A DNA stretch of 61,843 nucleotides, filler included, from Nitrospinae bacterium RIFCSPLOWO2_12_FULL_45_22 (GTDB lineage Bacteria; 2-12-FULL-45-22), in the NCBI GenBank assembly GCA_001803565.1. It is 6 parts of 6 records of this genome, joined end to end, with 100 filler letters (N's around TTAATTAATTAA, not from the genome) between each part and the next. Parts side by side here need not be neighbours in the genome. Positions count along the whole stretch, not along the records: positions 21,796 to 30,773 come from MHDQ01000055.1; positions 30,874 to 44,190 come from MHDQ01000056.1; 4 more parts are not named here. One strand, given 5' to 3'. The notes under the pieces are model-generated. The model saw nothing but the letters and a program-made list of their open reading frames with translations, did no database searches and was not told the DNA's origin. Shown one piece after another: positions 26,433 through 36,078 of this stretch. The position numbers were made by a program, and so were the translations under genes. Every line of letters starts with the position of its first letter. Position 1 is the first letter of the stretch.

Positions 26433-27254
26433 TTTATAAAGAGATTCAGAAGGCAGCTCCGGCTTACTATCAGAAGGTATCAGATGTTTAATCAGGGCGA
26501 CCGGATTTTGCTGGCTGTCTCGGGTGGTAAAGACAGCTCGGTCCTCTGGCGCTTACTAACCGAACAAGGCTATAAGGTAGATGGTATTTACCTGGATTTA
26601 GGGATAGAAGAGGGGTTCTACTCGCAAAGGTCTAAAGAATATGCCCAGCAGCTCGCCCAAAATTTAGGGAAAGATCTCATAGTCTTTGATCTTAAGAGAG
26701 AAACAGGACGGAGTATCTCGGAATTAAAGCAACGGAGTCAGCGGAAGAGTTGCTCGCTATGCGGCAAGCTGAAGCGCTACTTCTTGAACAAAATAGCCCG
26801 TGAGCAGGGCTACCAGTGCCTGGCTACGGGACATAACCTGGATGATGAGACTGCGGCCTTACTCCAGAGCACCTTGCGGTGGCAGCCGCATTACCTGGCC
26901 CGGCAAGCACCGGTGCTAGAAGAGCGAGACGAAGGCTTTGTGCGCAAAGTTAAGCCCCTGGTAAGATTTACTGAAAAAGAAATGGCCCTCTTCGCCTTCC
27001 TCAACCAGATTCCTTACCAGGAAGATGAATGTTCTTATGCTACCGGTGCCGCTTCTCTGTTCCTCAAAGGAATCCTTAACCAGATGGAGGAGCGCTCCCC
27101 GGGGACAAAGATCAGCTTCTACCAGGAGTTTCTCAGGATAAAAACAGTCTTTAGAAAGGAATCCCCTCCACCGCCCACCCGCTGTAGCCTCTGTGGTATG
27201 CCTACTATCGCTGAGATATGCTCTACCTGCAAAATCCTTGCCTCAGTCTCTTAG
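26433..27254 (+). CDS. ttuA: 3' part of the TtuA/TtcA tRNA 2-thiolase (PP-loop)
   Basis: FIKRFRRQLRLTIRRYQMF...AVSGGKDS, CSLC, TGHNLDDE, C-terminal CxxC...CxxC; N-terminal Zn finger lies 3.8 kb upstream. Confidence 0.82.
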   Translation, partial: FIKRFRRQLRLTIRRYQMFNQGDRILLAVSGGKDSSVLWRLLTEQGYKVDGIYLDLGIEEGFYSQRSKEYAQQLAQNLGKDLIVFDLKRETGRSISELKQRSQRKSCSLCGKLKRYFLNKIAREQGYQCLATGHNLDDETAALLQSTLRWQPHYLARQAPVLEERDEGFVRKVKPLVRFTEKEMALFAFLNQIPYQEDECSYATGAASLFLKGILNQMEERSPGTKISFYQEFLRIKTVFRKESPPPPTRCSLCGMPTIAEICSTCKILASVS

Positions 27255-27256
27255 CG

Positions 27257-27396
27257 GTAAGCATGCAGCTATCAGCCGTCAGCTTTTTCCGTAAAAAGTA
27301 AGTCGTGAGGCGTAAGGAGGATTTCCCCCTAACGCCTTACCCCTCACGCTCTCACCAAATAAGCTGAAAGCTCAAGGCTGATAGCTGCACGCTTTT
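27257..27396. mobile_element. MITE-like element related to 2352-2523
   Basis: Ends GTAAGCATGCA / TGCACGCTTTT; same nested TCAGC and GGCGTAA 7-mer arrays; flanks TCTTAGCG / TCTCAGTG (6/8 match). Confidence 0.65.
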
Positions 27397-27398
27397 TC

Positions 27399-29555
27399 TC
27401 AGTGTATCAGCATATTCTGGACAATCAAGGCAGCAAAGACCAGGGCTACTATAGACATCAGTTTGATAAGGATATTAAGGGAAGGCCCCGATGTATCCTT
27501 AAAGGGATCGCCTACGGTATCACCCACCACGCCCGCCTTATGGGCCTCAGACCCCTTACCGCCATAAGCACCACCCTCTATATACTTCTTGGCATTATCC
27601 CAGGCACCACCGGCATTGGCCATCATCACTGCTACCAGGAACCCGGTAACAATGGCCCCGGTCAGCAGTCCCACCAGGGCAGCATCACCCAGCAGAAAGC
27701 CAATAAGGAGTGGGGCTATGACGGCCATCATGGCTGGTATGATCATCTCTTTCTGGGCACCTATGGTAGCAATATCTACACAGCGGGCATAGTCCGGCTT
27801 TGTCTTGCCCTCCATAAGCCCCGGTATCTCCCGCCACTGTCGTCTTACTTCATTGACCATACTGTAAGCGGCCCTCCCTACGGCTTGCAAGGTAAAGGAA
27901 CAGAACAGAAAGGGAAGCATACCACCGATGAATAGCCCCGCTAAAACCAGGGGGTTAGTAAGGGTCAGGCTTGTTTCTACTGGAGGTAACCCGGCCTTTG
28001 CCCGGGCAAAATCGGCTGCCTGGATAAAGGCAATAGTCAGACCCAGGGCAGTAAGGGCTGCACTGCCGATAGCAAAGCCTTTCCCGGTAGCGGCGGTAGT
28101 ATTCCCTAAAGAATCCAGGGCATCAGTCCGTTCTCTTACCTCTGGGGGTAACTGTGCCTGAGTGGCAATACCCCCGGCATTATCCGCTACTGGCCCATAG
28201 GCATCGGTCGCCAGGGTAATACCCAGGGTAGACAGCATGCCGATACCCGCCAGAGATATGCCATAGATGCCGATAAGAAAATCAATCCTGGCATCGCCAG
28301 TATTGCCACGGGCCAGGTAATAGGCAGCCAGTAGGGCAATAGCTACGGTAATTATAGGAATCCCGGTAGATTGCATACCGACGGCCATACCGCGGATTAT
28401 GGTGGTAGCCGCACCGGTCTGGGATGCATCAGCAATATCCCTGGTCGGTTGGTACTCCTGCGAGGTGTAATATTCCGTAGCAACACCAATAATAATCCCG
28501 GCAATTAACCCTGCCAGCGTAGCATAGAATATACCGACATAGCCCTGCTCTTTCAGGATATAGCTTACCCAGGGTATTTCCCAGTCACCCATGATATATT
28601 TTATGGCGATCAGGGATATAAGGGCGGTACCGATAGCCGCTATCCAGACACCTCGCCGGAGCGCCATAAGCAATACCCCTTGCTCTGCTTTGTCAGAAGA
28701 AACCCGGACAAAGAAGGTACCAAATACTGAACACAGGATACCGATCCCGGCAATTACCAGGGGTAGGATCATGCTATTAAGCCCCAGGGCCTTTACGCTC
28801 TCGGCACTACTCATATAAAAGGCGGCAAAGCCTATCGTAATAGGGGCTATTATTGAGCCTACATAGCTCTCATAGAGGTCGGCACCCATCCCGGCAATAT
28901 CCCCCACATTGTCCCCCACATTGTCGGCAATTACGGCCGGGTTGCGGGGGTCATCCTCGGGTATACCAGCCTCTACTTTGCCTACCAGGTCTGCCCCTAC
29001 ATCGGCTGATTTGGTAAAGATACCACCACCTACCCGGGCAAATAGGGCCACACTGGATGCCCCAAAACTAAAGGCCGGTATGATCTGGATAGCAGTAAAC
29101 ATATCTAGCTTTGAAGTAAGGATAAAGTAGATGCCAGTAACCCCGATCACTCCTAAGCTTACTACGGTCACCCCCATGACACTGCCAGAAAAAAAGGCTA
29201 CCCTGAGTCCGTGGTTCAGGTTATTACTCACAGCCTCGGCCGTACGGGCATTGGCGCTGACACCAATCTTCATACCAATAAACCCCGAGAGGAGGGAGAG
29301 GATAGCACCTACGAGAAATGCCAGCGAGGAGTATGAGGATATGAAGAGACCCAATATGATACCTACCACAATAATAAACAGGGTGAGGACTTTGTATTGG
29401 CGGCTCAGGTAAGCCATGGCCCCATCATGGATAGCCTGGGAGATCTCGACCATCCTGGCATTACCGGTACTTTGCCTCAGGACATATACCGTAGCAAAAC
29501 CGACAAATATTAGACCTAATACACCTGACATGCCTGAAAACATTAACCAGTTCAT
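27399..29555 (-). CDS. hppA: Membrane-bound ion-translocating pyrophosphatase (K+-dependent type)
   Basis: [35 protein letters not shown] (Ala indicates K+ dependence), DTVGDPFKD. Confidence 0.95.
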   Translation of the reverse strand: MNWLMFSGMSGVLGLIFVGFATVYVLRQSTGNARMVEISQAIHDGAMAYLSRQYKVLTLFIIVVGIILGLFISSYSSLAFLVGAILSLLSGFIGMKIGVSANARTAEAVSNNLNHGLRVAFFSGSVMGVTVVSLGVIGVTGIYFILTSKLDMFTAIQIIPAFSFGASSVALFARVGGGIFTKSADVGADLVGKVEAGIPEDDPRNPAVIADNVGDNVGDIAGMGADLYESYVGSIIAPITIGFAAFYMSSAESVKALGLNSMILPLVIAGIGILCSVFGTFFVRVSSDKAEQGVLLMALRRGVWIAAIGTALISLIAIKYIMGDWEIPWVSYILKEQGYVGIFYATLAGLIAGIIIGVATEYYTSQEYQPTRDIADASQTGAATTIIRGMAVGMQSTGIPIITVAIALLAAYYLARGNTGDARIDFLIGIYGISLAGIGMLSTLGITLATDAYGPVADNAGGIATQAQLPPEVRERTDALDSLGNTTAATGKGFAIGSAALTALGLTIAFIQAADFARAKAGLPPVETSLTLTNPLVLAGLFIGGMLPFLFCSFTLQAVGRAAYSMVNEVRRQWREIPGLMEGKTKPDYARCVDIATIGAQKEMIIPAMMAVIAPLLIGFLLGDAALVGLLTGAIVTGFLVAVMMANAGGAWDNAKKYIEGGAYGGKGSEAHKAGVVGDTVGDPFKDTSGPSLNILIKLMSIVALVFAALIVQNMLIH

Positions 29556-29574
29556 CCCCTCCTCCTTTCTAAAT

Positions 29575-30114
29575 CTAGTCTTGCTTAAGTAGATTTTCTA
29601 CTATAGCTACCGCTTCTTCTACTTCTCTGGCAACTGCCTCCTCTTCCGAGGGATCAAAGGGGTTTAAGACATAATCAGCCGTCTCTTGCCCTATTGGTGG
29701 TCTACCCACTCCCACCCTGATCCTGGTAAACTCATCCGTCCCTAGCTCTTCCAGTATAGAGCGAATACCTTTATGGCCAGCGTCACCCCCACGATATTTT
29801 AGCTTAATCCTTCCTAAAGTTAAGTCCACATCGTCATGGATAACAAGGAGTTTGTCAGGGGTTTGTCTCAGCCCCTGGAGTAAGGGTTTCACGGCCTTTC
29901 CGCTCAGGTTCATAAAGGTTCGAGGCTTAGCCAGGATCACCGGCTGATCCAAAATATAACCCTTTCCCCACCAGGCTAGATATCTCTTGGTTGTTAAGAA
30001 AATACTATATTTCTCTGATAAACGAGAAATAACACGAAACCCTATATTGTGCCTGGTATTTTCATATTCTGTACCGGGATTACCTAGCCCGACAATTATC
30101 CTGGCAACAAAAAT
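29575..30114 (-). CDS. pth: Peptidyl-tRNA hydrolase (start codon unclear)
   Basis: Frame extends upstream of the ORF track to IIVGLGNPGTEYENTRHNIGF; also KPRTFMNLSG, HDDVDL, GHKG. Confidence 0.9.
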   Translation of the reverse strand: MFVARIIVGLGNPGTEYENTRHNIGFRVISRLSEKYSIFLTTKRYLAWWGKGYILDQPVILAKPRTFMNLSGKAVKPLLQGLRQTPDKLLVIHDDVDLTLGRIKLKYRGGDAGHKGIRSILEELGTDEFTRIRVGVGRPPIGQETADYVLNPFDPSEEEAVAREVEEAVAIVENLLKQD

Positions 30115-30120
30115 CTTTCC

Positions 30121-30744
30121 CTATTGCTCCTCTGAGGACGAGGGCTCTTCAACCGGGGCTTCCGCAGTGGGTACTGCTTCCCTGGCTAGACCAGTGATAC
30201 TTACCACTACTTCTTCAGGATCAGTCAGAACTTTTAGACTTTTATCTAGCTTAAGGTCCGTAACATGGATGGCATCCCCGATATGCAGCCCAGAAACATC
30301 CACTTCTATATATTCAGGAATTGATGCTGGTAAACACTCCAGGCTCAGTTCCTTTAAGGCGTGATGGAGCATACCTTCTCCCTGGACAACACCAACTGGC
30401 TCACCAACGAGGACTATCGGCACAGCTACATCAATTTCTTTATCCATGAATACTTCATATAGGTCTACATGGAACAGGGCCCGGGTAACAGGATTAACCT
30501 GGAGTTCTCTCATTAATACATGGCGCTCCTTCTTATCTTCCCCTTCAAGGTTAAACTGAAAAATGGTATTCTCACCTAACCCAGAGCTAAGGAGGTTTTG
30601 AAAGGCCCTGAGGTCTATTGAGATTGGGAGATTCTTTTCACCGCCATATAGCACCCCTGGAAGGCTGCTGTTCCTTCGGAGCTGCCGGCATGCCCCTTTG
30701 CCTCTCCCCTCTCGTATCCTACCTGTCAAGATTATAGTTTCCAT
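30121..30744 (-). CDS. rplY: 50S ribosomal protein L25/Ctc
   Basis: GKGACRQLRR, PGVLYG, HVDLY, LHIGDAIHV; upstream of pth. Confidence 0.95.
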   Translation of the reverse strand: METIILTGRIREGRGKGACRQLRRNSSLPGVLYGGEKNLPISIDLRAFQNLLSSGLGENTIFQFNLEGEDKKERHVLMRELQVNPVTRALFHVDLYEVFMDKEIDVAVPIVLVGEPVGVVQGEGMLHHALKELSLECLPASIPEYIEVDVSGLHIGDAIHVTDLKLDKSLKVLTDPEEVVVSITGLAREAVPTAEAPVEEPSSSEEQ

Positions 30745-30773
30745 CCTTCCACCTTTAAAGATTAAGTTATATT

Positions 30774-30873
30774 NNNNNNNNNNNNNNNNNNNNNNNNNNN
30801 NNNNNNNNNNNNNNNNNTTAATTAATTAANNNNNNNNNNNNNNNNNNNNNNNNNNNNNNNNNNNNNNNNNNNN
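30774..30873. other. Artificial contig linker
   Basis: N-run with TTAATTAATTAA. Confidence 0.98.
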
Positions 30874-31234
30874 AGGAGCCATAGATTTATTCCAGAACTT
30901 AATGGGGCTTCAGGTCTCTCAAATAGAAGATGTGCCTGAGCAAAAGGCAAAGGTAGGATTCATTCCCTTAGGCGAAACCAAGCTGGAACTAGTCCAACCT
31001 ACCACGCAAGATACAGCATTAGCTAAGTTCTTAGATAGGACTGGCGGAGGGTTGCATCATATCTGCCTGGAAGTGCAGAACATCGTTGCAGCCTTAAAAT
31101 GGTATAAGGATAACGGGATAGAATTGATAGATACCGAGCCTAGAACCGGAGCCCATAATAAAAAAATAGCCTTTCTCCATCCCAAGAGCACCAAAGGGGT
31201 CTTGATAGAACTCTGTCAATGTGCCAGCAAATAA
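30874..31234 (+). CDS. mce: Methylmalonyl-CoA epimerase (5'-truncated)
   Basis: KLELVQP, GGLHHICLEV, IAFLHPKSTKGVLIEL. Confidence 0.88.
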
Positions 31235-31282
31235 CAACCTCTGTGGTTCATCATTTTATTAGTTTCTCTCCCCTTTTCCCTC

Positions 31283-31311
31283 TTGACATCCCAAGGGATA
31301 AACGGTACTTT
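31283..31311 (+). promoter_or_regulatory. Sigma70 promoter upstream of tRNA-Val/thrS
   Basis: TTGACA - 17 bp - TACTTT. Confidence 0.6.
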
Positions 31312-31335
31312 TATAGCAATGGACAAGAGGGTTAC

Positions 31336-31407
31336 AGGCACGTAGCTCAGGGGGAGAGCGCTTGCTTGACGCGCAAGAGGTCGGCGGTTCGAAACCGCCC
31401 GTGCCTA
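31336..31407 (+). tRNA. tRNA-Val(GAC), CCA not encoded
   Basis: Acceptor stem AGGCACG/CGTGCCT; anticodon arm CTTGC-TTGACGC-GCAAG; T-loop GGTTCGAAACC. Confidence 0.93.
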
Positions 31408-31433
31408 TCATCATAATATTTTTATAGGACAAG

Positions 31434-33365
31434 TTGAAGGCGGAAACAGACAAAATCAAAATAAAACTATCTGATGAAAAGCAGATAGAATGCGTTGCAG
31501 GTACAATTATAAAAGACCTGATTGACCATCAGTTAACCAAGAACAACCTCCAGGAAATCATTGCCGCTAAACTGGATGGAGACTTGGTAGACCTGAGCCG
31601 GCCCCTCTTCACCAATACCTCTCTAGAACCAGTAACCTTTGATTCAGCCGAAGGGAAAAAGATATATCGGCACAGCACCTCCCATGTCATGGCCCAGGCT
31701 GTAAAGGATCTGTTTCCAGCGGCAAAGATTGCTATTGGTCCTGCAATAGAAGACGGGTTTTATTACGATTTTGACCTGGATAGGCCCTTTACTCCTCAAG
31801 ATTTAGAAAGGATCGAGGAGAGGATGAAAGAGATTATCCAGCAGGACCTCCCGTTTCAACGCCTAGAACTATCCAAGGAACAAGCCCAAAAAATCTTCCA
31901 GGAAAGAAGAGAAGATTATAAATTGGAACTCCTGAAGGATATTGAGGAAGATACTGTCTCCCTATATCAACAGGGCAATTTTATTGACCTGTGTCGGGGA
32001 CCCCATGTGTTATCCAGTGGGAAACTCCGTGCTATTAAACTCCTGAATGTAGCGGGGGCATATTGGCGGGGGGATGAAAAGAATAAGATGCTGCAGCGTA
32101 TTTACGGGACTGCCTTCGCCACCCCAGAGGCCCTAACTGAATATCTAAAGCGACTAGAAGAAGCCAAAGAACGGGATCATAGGGCCCTGGGCCGGCAATT
32201 AGACTTATTCAGTGTCCAGGAAGAGATTGGCCCGGGATTGATCCACTGGCACCCTAAAGGGGCTATTATCCGGATGACGATTGAAGAGTTCTGGAAGAAA
32301 GAACACCTAAAAAGGGGCTACCAATTAGTCTATACTCCCCATATTGCTAGCCGGAAGATTTATGAGATCAGTGGCCACCTGGAGACTTATCAGGAATATA
32401 TGTATTCGCCTATGGATATTGACGGCGTACCTTACTGGGTGAAACCTATGAATTGCCCGGGACATATCAAGATTTATCAGACTAAGCTCCGAAGCTACCG
32501 GGAACTACCGATAAGATACGCTGAGCTAGGGACTGTTTATCGCTATGAGCGCAGTGGAGTACTCCATGGCATGCTCCGGGTAAGAGGCTTTACCCAGGAT
32601 GATTCGCATATCTTCTGCCACCCAGAACAATTACCCGCGGAAATACTTCAGGTACTAGACCTGGTAGACTTCATGATGAGTACTTTTGGTTTTGATTATC
32701 ATGCTTACCTTGCTACCAGACCGGAAAAATCGATCGGTGGCGAAGAGGCCTGGGCAAAGGCTACTACTGCCCTGAGAGAGGCCTTGAGCAAAAGAGAGAT
32801 AGATTATAAAATAGACCCGGGTGGTGGTGTTTTTTATGGCCCGAAGATTGATATTAAACTGCTAGATGCCCTGGGCCGGGAGTGGCAAGGACCTACTATC
32901 CAGGTTGATTTTAATCTGCCTGAGCGATTCGATATAAATTATGTCGGGCCAGATGGTAATAGGCATAGAGTAGTTATGATCCACCGAACTGTACTGGGCT
33001 CTATGGAGCGATTCATTGGCACGCTAATAGAGCATTATGCCGGTGTTTTTCCTCTGTGGTTAGCACCGGTCCAGGTATTAGTTCTCACTATCACAGAGAG
33101 GCATATCGAGTACGGCGAGAGAGTGCTCCAGGATCTGAGAAACAATGATATCCGGGCGGAAGCAGATTTCAGGAATGAATTGATAGGTTATAAAATAAGA
33201 GAAGGTCAACTAGCTAAGACCCCTTATATGGCTGTGATAGGTGATCGGGAAATAGCTAATGGCACCGTCTCTGTAAGAACCCGTAAGAAAAAGGAACTAA
33301 CAACTCTGAGAGTGGAAGACCTAATAAGCAAGATGAAAAAGGAGATCGCAGATAAAATCATTTAG
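31434..33365 (+). CDS. thrS: Threonine--tRNA ligase
   Basis: RHSTSHVMAQA, DLCRGPH, RDHR, KPMNCPGH, MIHR..LGSMERF. Confidence 0.98.
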   Translation: MKAETDKIKIKLSDEKQIECVAGTIIKDLIDHQLTKNNLQEIIAAKLDGDLVDLSRPLFTNTSLEPVTFDSAEGKKIYRHSTSHVMAQAVKDLFPAAKIAIGPAIEDGFYYDFDLDRPFTPQDLERIEERMKEIIQQDLPFQRLELSKEQAQKIFQERREDYKLELLKDIEEDTVSLYQQGNFIDLCRGPHVLSSGKLRAIKLLNVAGAYWRGDEKNKMLQRIYGTAFATPEALTEYLKRLEEAKERDHRALGRQLDLFSVQEEIGPGLIHWHPKGAIIRMTIEEFWKKEHLKRGYQLVYTPHIASRKIYEISGHLETYQEYMYSPMDIDGVPYWVKPMNCPGHIKIYQTKLRSYRELPIRYAELGTVYRYERSGVLHGMLRVRGFTQDDSHIFCHPEQLPAEILQVLDLVDFMMSTFGFDYHAYLATRPEKSIGGEEAWAKATTALREALSKREIDYKIDPGGGVFYGPKIDIKLLDALGREWQGPTIQVDFNLPERFDINYVGPDGNRHRVVMIHRTVLGSMERFIGTLIEHYAGVFPLWLAPVQVLVLTITERHIEYGERVLQDLRNNDIRAEADFRNELIGYKIREGQLAKTPYMAVIGDREIANGTVSVRTRKKKELTTLRVEDLISKMKKEIADKII

Positions 33366-33507
33366 ATGTGGCTATTCTTTGTCATAAAGCATATTTTATA
33401 TATATTGTAGGGGTCGAACTTGCTTGACTTTATTGGGCAGTACCCAAGGGGTATCCGGCTCTGCCACTACATTATGAATGGATTTCTGACAGAAAATAGC
33501 CACACCC
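33364..33507. mobile_element. MITE with target duplication at the thrS stop codon
   Basis: TIR TGTGGCTATT.TTTGTCA / TGACAGAAAATAGCCACA; flanking direct repeat AAATCATTTAG (33355-33365, 33508-33518). Confidence 0.7.
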
Positions 33508-33632
33508 AAATCATTTAGGGGAGATAGCGTAGGCTTTAGGGTATGGGCAATAGGTGAAAACCTCTAGCCTATTACCTGAGCTTTTATCTGCTTTAATCTG
33601 CGTCCTAACTAAATATAAAAGGAGGATATATT

Positions 33633-34145
33633 ATACTCAATAAAAATCTGAGGGTAAACGAGATGATCCGAGTCCCTGAAGTAAGGGTTATCGGACCAGA
33701 CGGACAACAAAAAGGGATATTGTCTGTAAGCAGGGCTCTCGAGTTAGCCAGAGAAGAAGGGCTCGACTTAGTAGAAGTGGCCCCCAATGAAAAACCCCCG
33801 GTTTGCCGGGTAATGGATTATGGTAAGTACAAATATAAACAGAGCAAAAAATTGCAAGAGGCCAAGAAGAAGCAAAAAACTCTGCAGATTAAAGAGATTA
33901 AGATGGGGCCCAAGACCGACGAACATGATTATCAATTCAAGCTGAAACATGCCCGGCGGTTTCTTAGTGAGGGGAATAAGACCAAGATAAATATTTTGTT
34001 CAAAGGTCGGGAATTAGACCACATCCATCTAGGGAAAAACATCCTGGATCGCCTAGCTCAGGAGTTAAGCGATGTAGCGTCCGTAGAACAAGCCTCTAAA
34101 CTGGAGGGTCGTAATTTAACCATAGTGCTTGCACCAAAACACTAA
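33633..34145 (+). CDS. infC: Translation initiation factor IF-3 (non-AUG start)
   Basis: AGGAGG at 33620 followed by in-frame ATT(33630)/ATA(33633); LRVNEMIR, LDLVEV, PPVCRVMDYGK. Confidence 0.95.
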   Translation: MLNKNLRVNEMIRVPEVRVIGPDGQQKGILSVSRALELAREEGLDLVEVAPNEKPPVCRVMDYGKYKYKQSKKLQEAKKKQKTLQIKEIKMGPKTDEHDYQFKLKHARRFLSEGNKTKINILFKGRELDHIHLGKNILDRLAQELSDVASVEQASKLEGRNLTIVLAPKH

Positions 34146-34162
34146 TCAAGGAGAGTAAGTAA

Positions 34163-34360
34163 GTGCCAAAAATAAGGACTAATAGGAGTACAGCTAAACG
34201 GGTAAAAAAAAGTGGCAGTGGTAAGTTATTAAGATGCAAAGCCTTCCGTAGTCATATCCTAACGAAAAAGAGCCGGAAACGGAAGCGGCGGTTAGGACAA
34301 ACCGCCCTCGTCAACCCGGCTAATCGCAAGAGGATCCATTGCTTAGTCCCTTACTTATAA
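34163..34360 (+). CDS. rpmI: 50S ribosomal protein L35
   Basis: MPKIRTNRSTAKR...SHILTKKSRKRKRRL; position in operon. Confidence 0.95.
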   Translation: MPKIRTNRSTAKRVKKSGSGKLLRCKAFRSHILTKKSRKRKRRLGQTALVNPANRKRIHCLVPYL

Positions 34361-34364
34361 AATT

Positions 34365-34478
34365 GTAACCGTTCATTGGACCTGTCACACACTGAGCGGA
34401 GCGAAGGGTCTGCTGAGAATTGAGATACTTCGCTATCGTTCAGCATGATATGTTGATGGAAAGCTGGTGAACAGTCAC
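34365..34478. mobile_element. MITE-like element between rpmI and rplT
   Basis: Ends GTAACCGTTCA / TGAACAGTCAC; flanks ATAAAATT / ATAGAATT (7/8 match). Confidence 0.65.
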
Positions 34479-34501
34479 ATAGAATTTAAAAGGAGAAAGA
34501 G

Positions 34502-34876
34502 ATGCCAAGAGCAGTTAGCGGTACCGTATCTAGACAGAGGAGGAAAAAGGTCCTTAAATATGCCAAGGGATACTGGGGCTCTCGTAGCCGAGTATATCGC
34601 CGCGCAAAAGAAACCCTGGAAAGGGCCTGGAAATTTGCCTACCGGGATAGAAGACAGCGGAAGAGGGAATTCAGACAGCTATGGATAGCCCGGATTAATG
34701 CGGCTGTCCGCCCCCATGGCATTTCCTACAGTAAATTTATCCATGGCCTGGCCCTGGCAGATATTGAACTGGACAGGAAGGTATTGGCAGATATGGCCAT
34801 TAAAGATCCTCAAGCCTTCGAACAACTTGCCCTTATTGCTAAAGAAAAACTCCAGGGCACGGCAGTTTCCAGTTAA
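34502..34876 (+). CDS. rplT: 50S ribosomal protein L20
   Basis: [29 protein letters not shown]. Confidence 0.97.
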   Translation: MPRAVSGTVSRQRRKKVLKYAKGYWGSRSRVYRRAKETLERAWKFAYRDRRQRKREFRQLWIARINAAVRPHGISYSKFIHGLALADIELDRKVLADMAIKDPQAFEQLALIAKEKLQGTAVSS

Positions 34877-34897
34877 ACCTAAAAATTCTGCCAATCA

Positions 34898-35938
34898 ATG
34901 ATGCCTACCTCTACCAAAGATATAATTCAAGAGCTGAAAAGGGTAAAACTGGAGGCCCAAAAAGACCTAAGCAGGGCTGAGGATCAAGCCAGCCTCCAGA
35001 GATTAAAAGGGAAATACCTGGGCCGGCAAGGTATACTGACAGAGTTGTTGCGGGCTATGGGTACCTTTCCCCCCAGCGAAAGACCTATCATAGGCCGTAC
35101 TATAAATCTCTTAAAAGAAGAAATCACACAGGAAATTAATACCCGCTGGGAGACCCTGAAAAGAAGGAGGCACGAAAAAGAACTCTATGCAGAAAAACTA
35201 GATCTAACCCTACCTGGTCGGAGGCCCTTGTTAGGCCATACTCACCCCTTGACCCAGGTTCTCGAAGAAATAGTAGATATCTTCACTGGTTTAGGGTTCC
35301 AGATCGCCGACGGGCCAGAAGTAGAGCTGGATTATTATAATTTTGAGGCCTTAAATATACCTAAAGACCACCCGGCCCGAGATATGCAAGATACCTTCTA
35401 TATTTCTGATGATATGGTCTTGCGGACCCATACCTCACCCGTGCAGATCAGAACCATGGAAAAGCAGCGCCCACCACTTAGGATTATTGCGCCGGGTAAG
35501 GCTTATCGCTGTGATGCCGATATTAATCATAGCCCAATGTTTCATCAGGTAGAAGGGTTGATGGTAGATCGGGATGTTACCTTTGCTGATCTGAAGGGTA
35601 CTATAGCCATTTTTATCCAGCAGATGTTTAGTAAGGACACCAGGTTAAGATTTCGCCCCAGTTTCTTCCCCTTTACAGAACCTAGTGCCGAAGTAGATAT
35701 CCAGTGTGTTATCTGCAAAGGAATAGGGTGCCGGGTGTGTTCCCAGACGGGTTGGTTAGAGATCCTTGGCTCAGGCATGGTAGACCCCGCAGTATACTCT
35801 TTTGTTAACTACGACCCAGAAGAATTCACTGGCTTTGCCTTTGGCTTAGGGATTGAGCGAATAGCCATGCTAAAATATGGTATAGATGATATCCGACTCT
35901 TTTTTGAAAATGACCTGCGCTTCCTAAGCCAGTTTTAA
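34898..35938 (+). CDS. pheS: Phenylalanine--tRNA ligase alpha subunit
   Basis: HPARDMQDTF, LRTHTSPVQ, FPFTEPS, GFAFGLGIER. Confidence 0.98.
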   Translation: MMPTSTKDIIQELKRVKLEAQKDLSRAEDQASLQRLKGKYLGRQGILTELLRAMGTFPPSERPIIGRTINLLKEEITQEINTRWETLKRRRHEKELYAEKLDLTLPGRRPLLGHTHPLTQVLEEIVDIFTGLGFQIADGPEVELDYYNFEALNIPKDHPARDMQDTFYISDDMVLRTHTSPVQIRTMEKQRPPLRIIAPGKAYRCDADINHSPMFHQVEGLMVDRDVTFADLKGTIAIFIQQMFSKDTRLRFRPSFFPFTEPSAEVDIQCVICKGIGCRVCSQTGWLEILGSGMVDPAVYSFVNYDPEEFTGFAFGLGIERIAMLKYGIDDIRLFFENDLRFLSQF

Positions 35939-35951
35939 GAATAACTTATAC

Positions 35952-36040
35952 TAACCACCAAGACACAAAGTTCACAAAGAATAATATTCTTTATAGAAAC
36001 AAAAGGTCAAGACTTTGTGCTCTTTGTGTCTTGGTGGTTA
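35952..36040. repeat. Inverted repeat element between pheS and pheT
   Basis: TAACCACCAAGACACAAAG / CTTTGTGTCTTGGTGGTTA, perfect 19-bp arms. Confidence 0.75.
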
Positions 36041-36078
36041 ATTATCAAATGATATTTTTGAGCAATAGGTAAATAAGG

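Noticed and set aside
22584-26433. Precisely excising, gene-restoring element (skin/nifD-like)
   Set aside because: Recombination between the 10-bp repeats leaves ttuA frameshifted by one base, so a clean developmental switch is not supported as the sequence stands.
27402-29412. Multiple antisense ORFs over hppA (likewise over other long genes)
   Set aside because: Shadow ORFs opposite well-conserved genes, with no independent evidence.
31219-31459. Short ORFs overlapping tRNA-Val (and 39279-39470 over tRNA-Leu)
   Set aside because: Shadow translations of tRNA genes.
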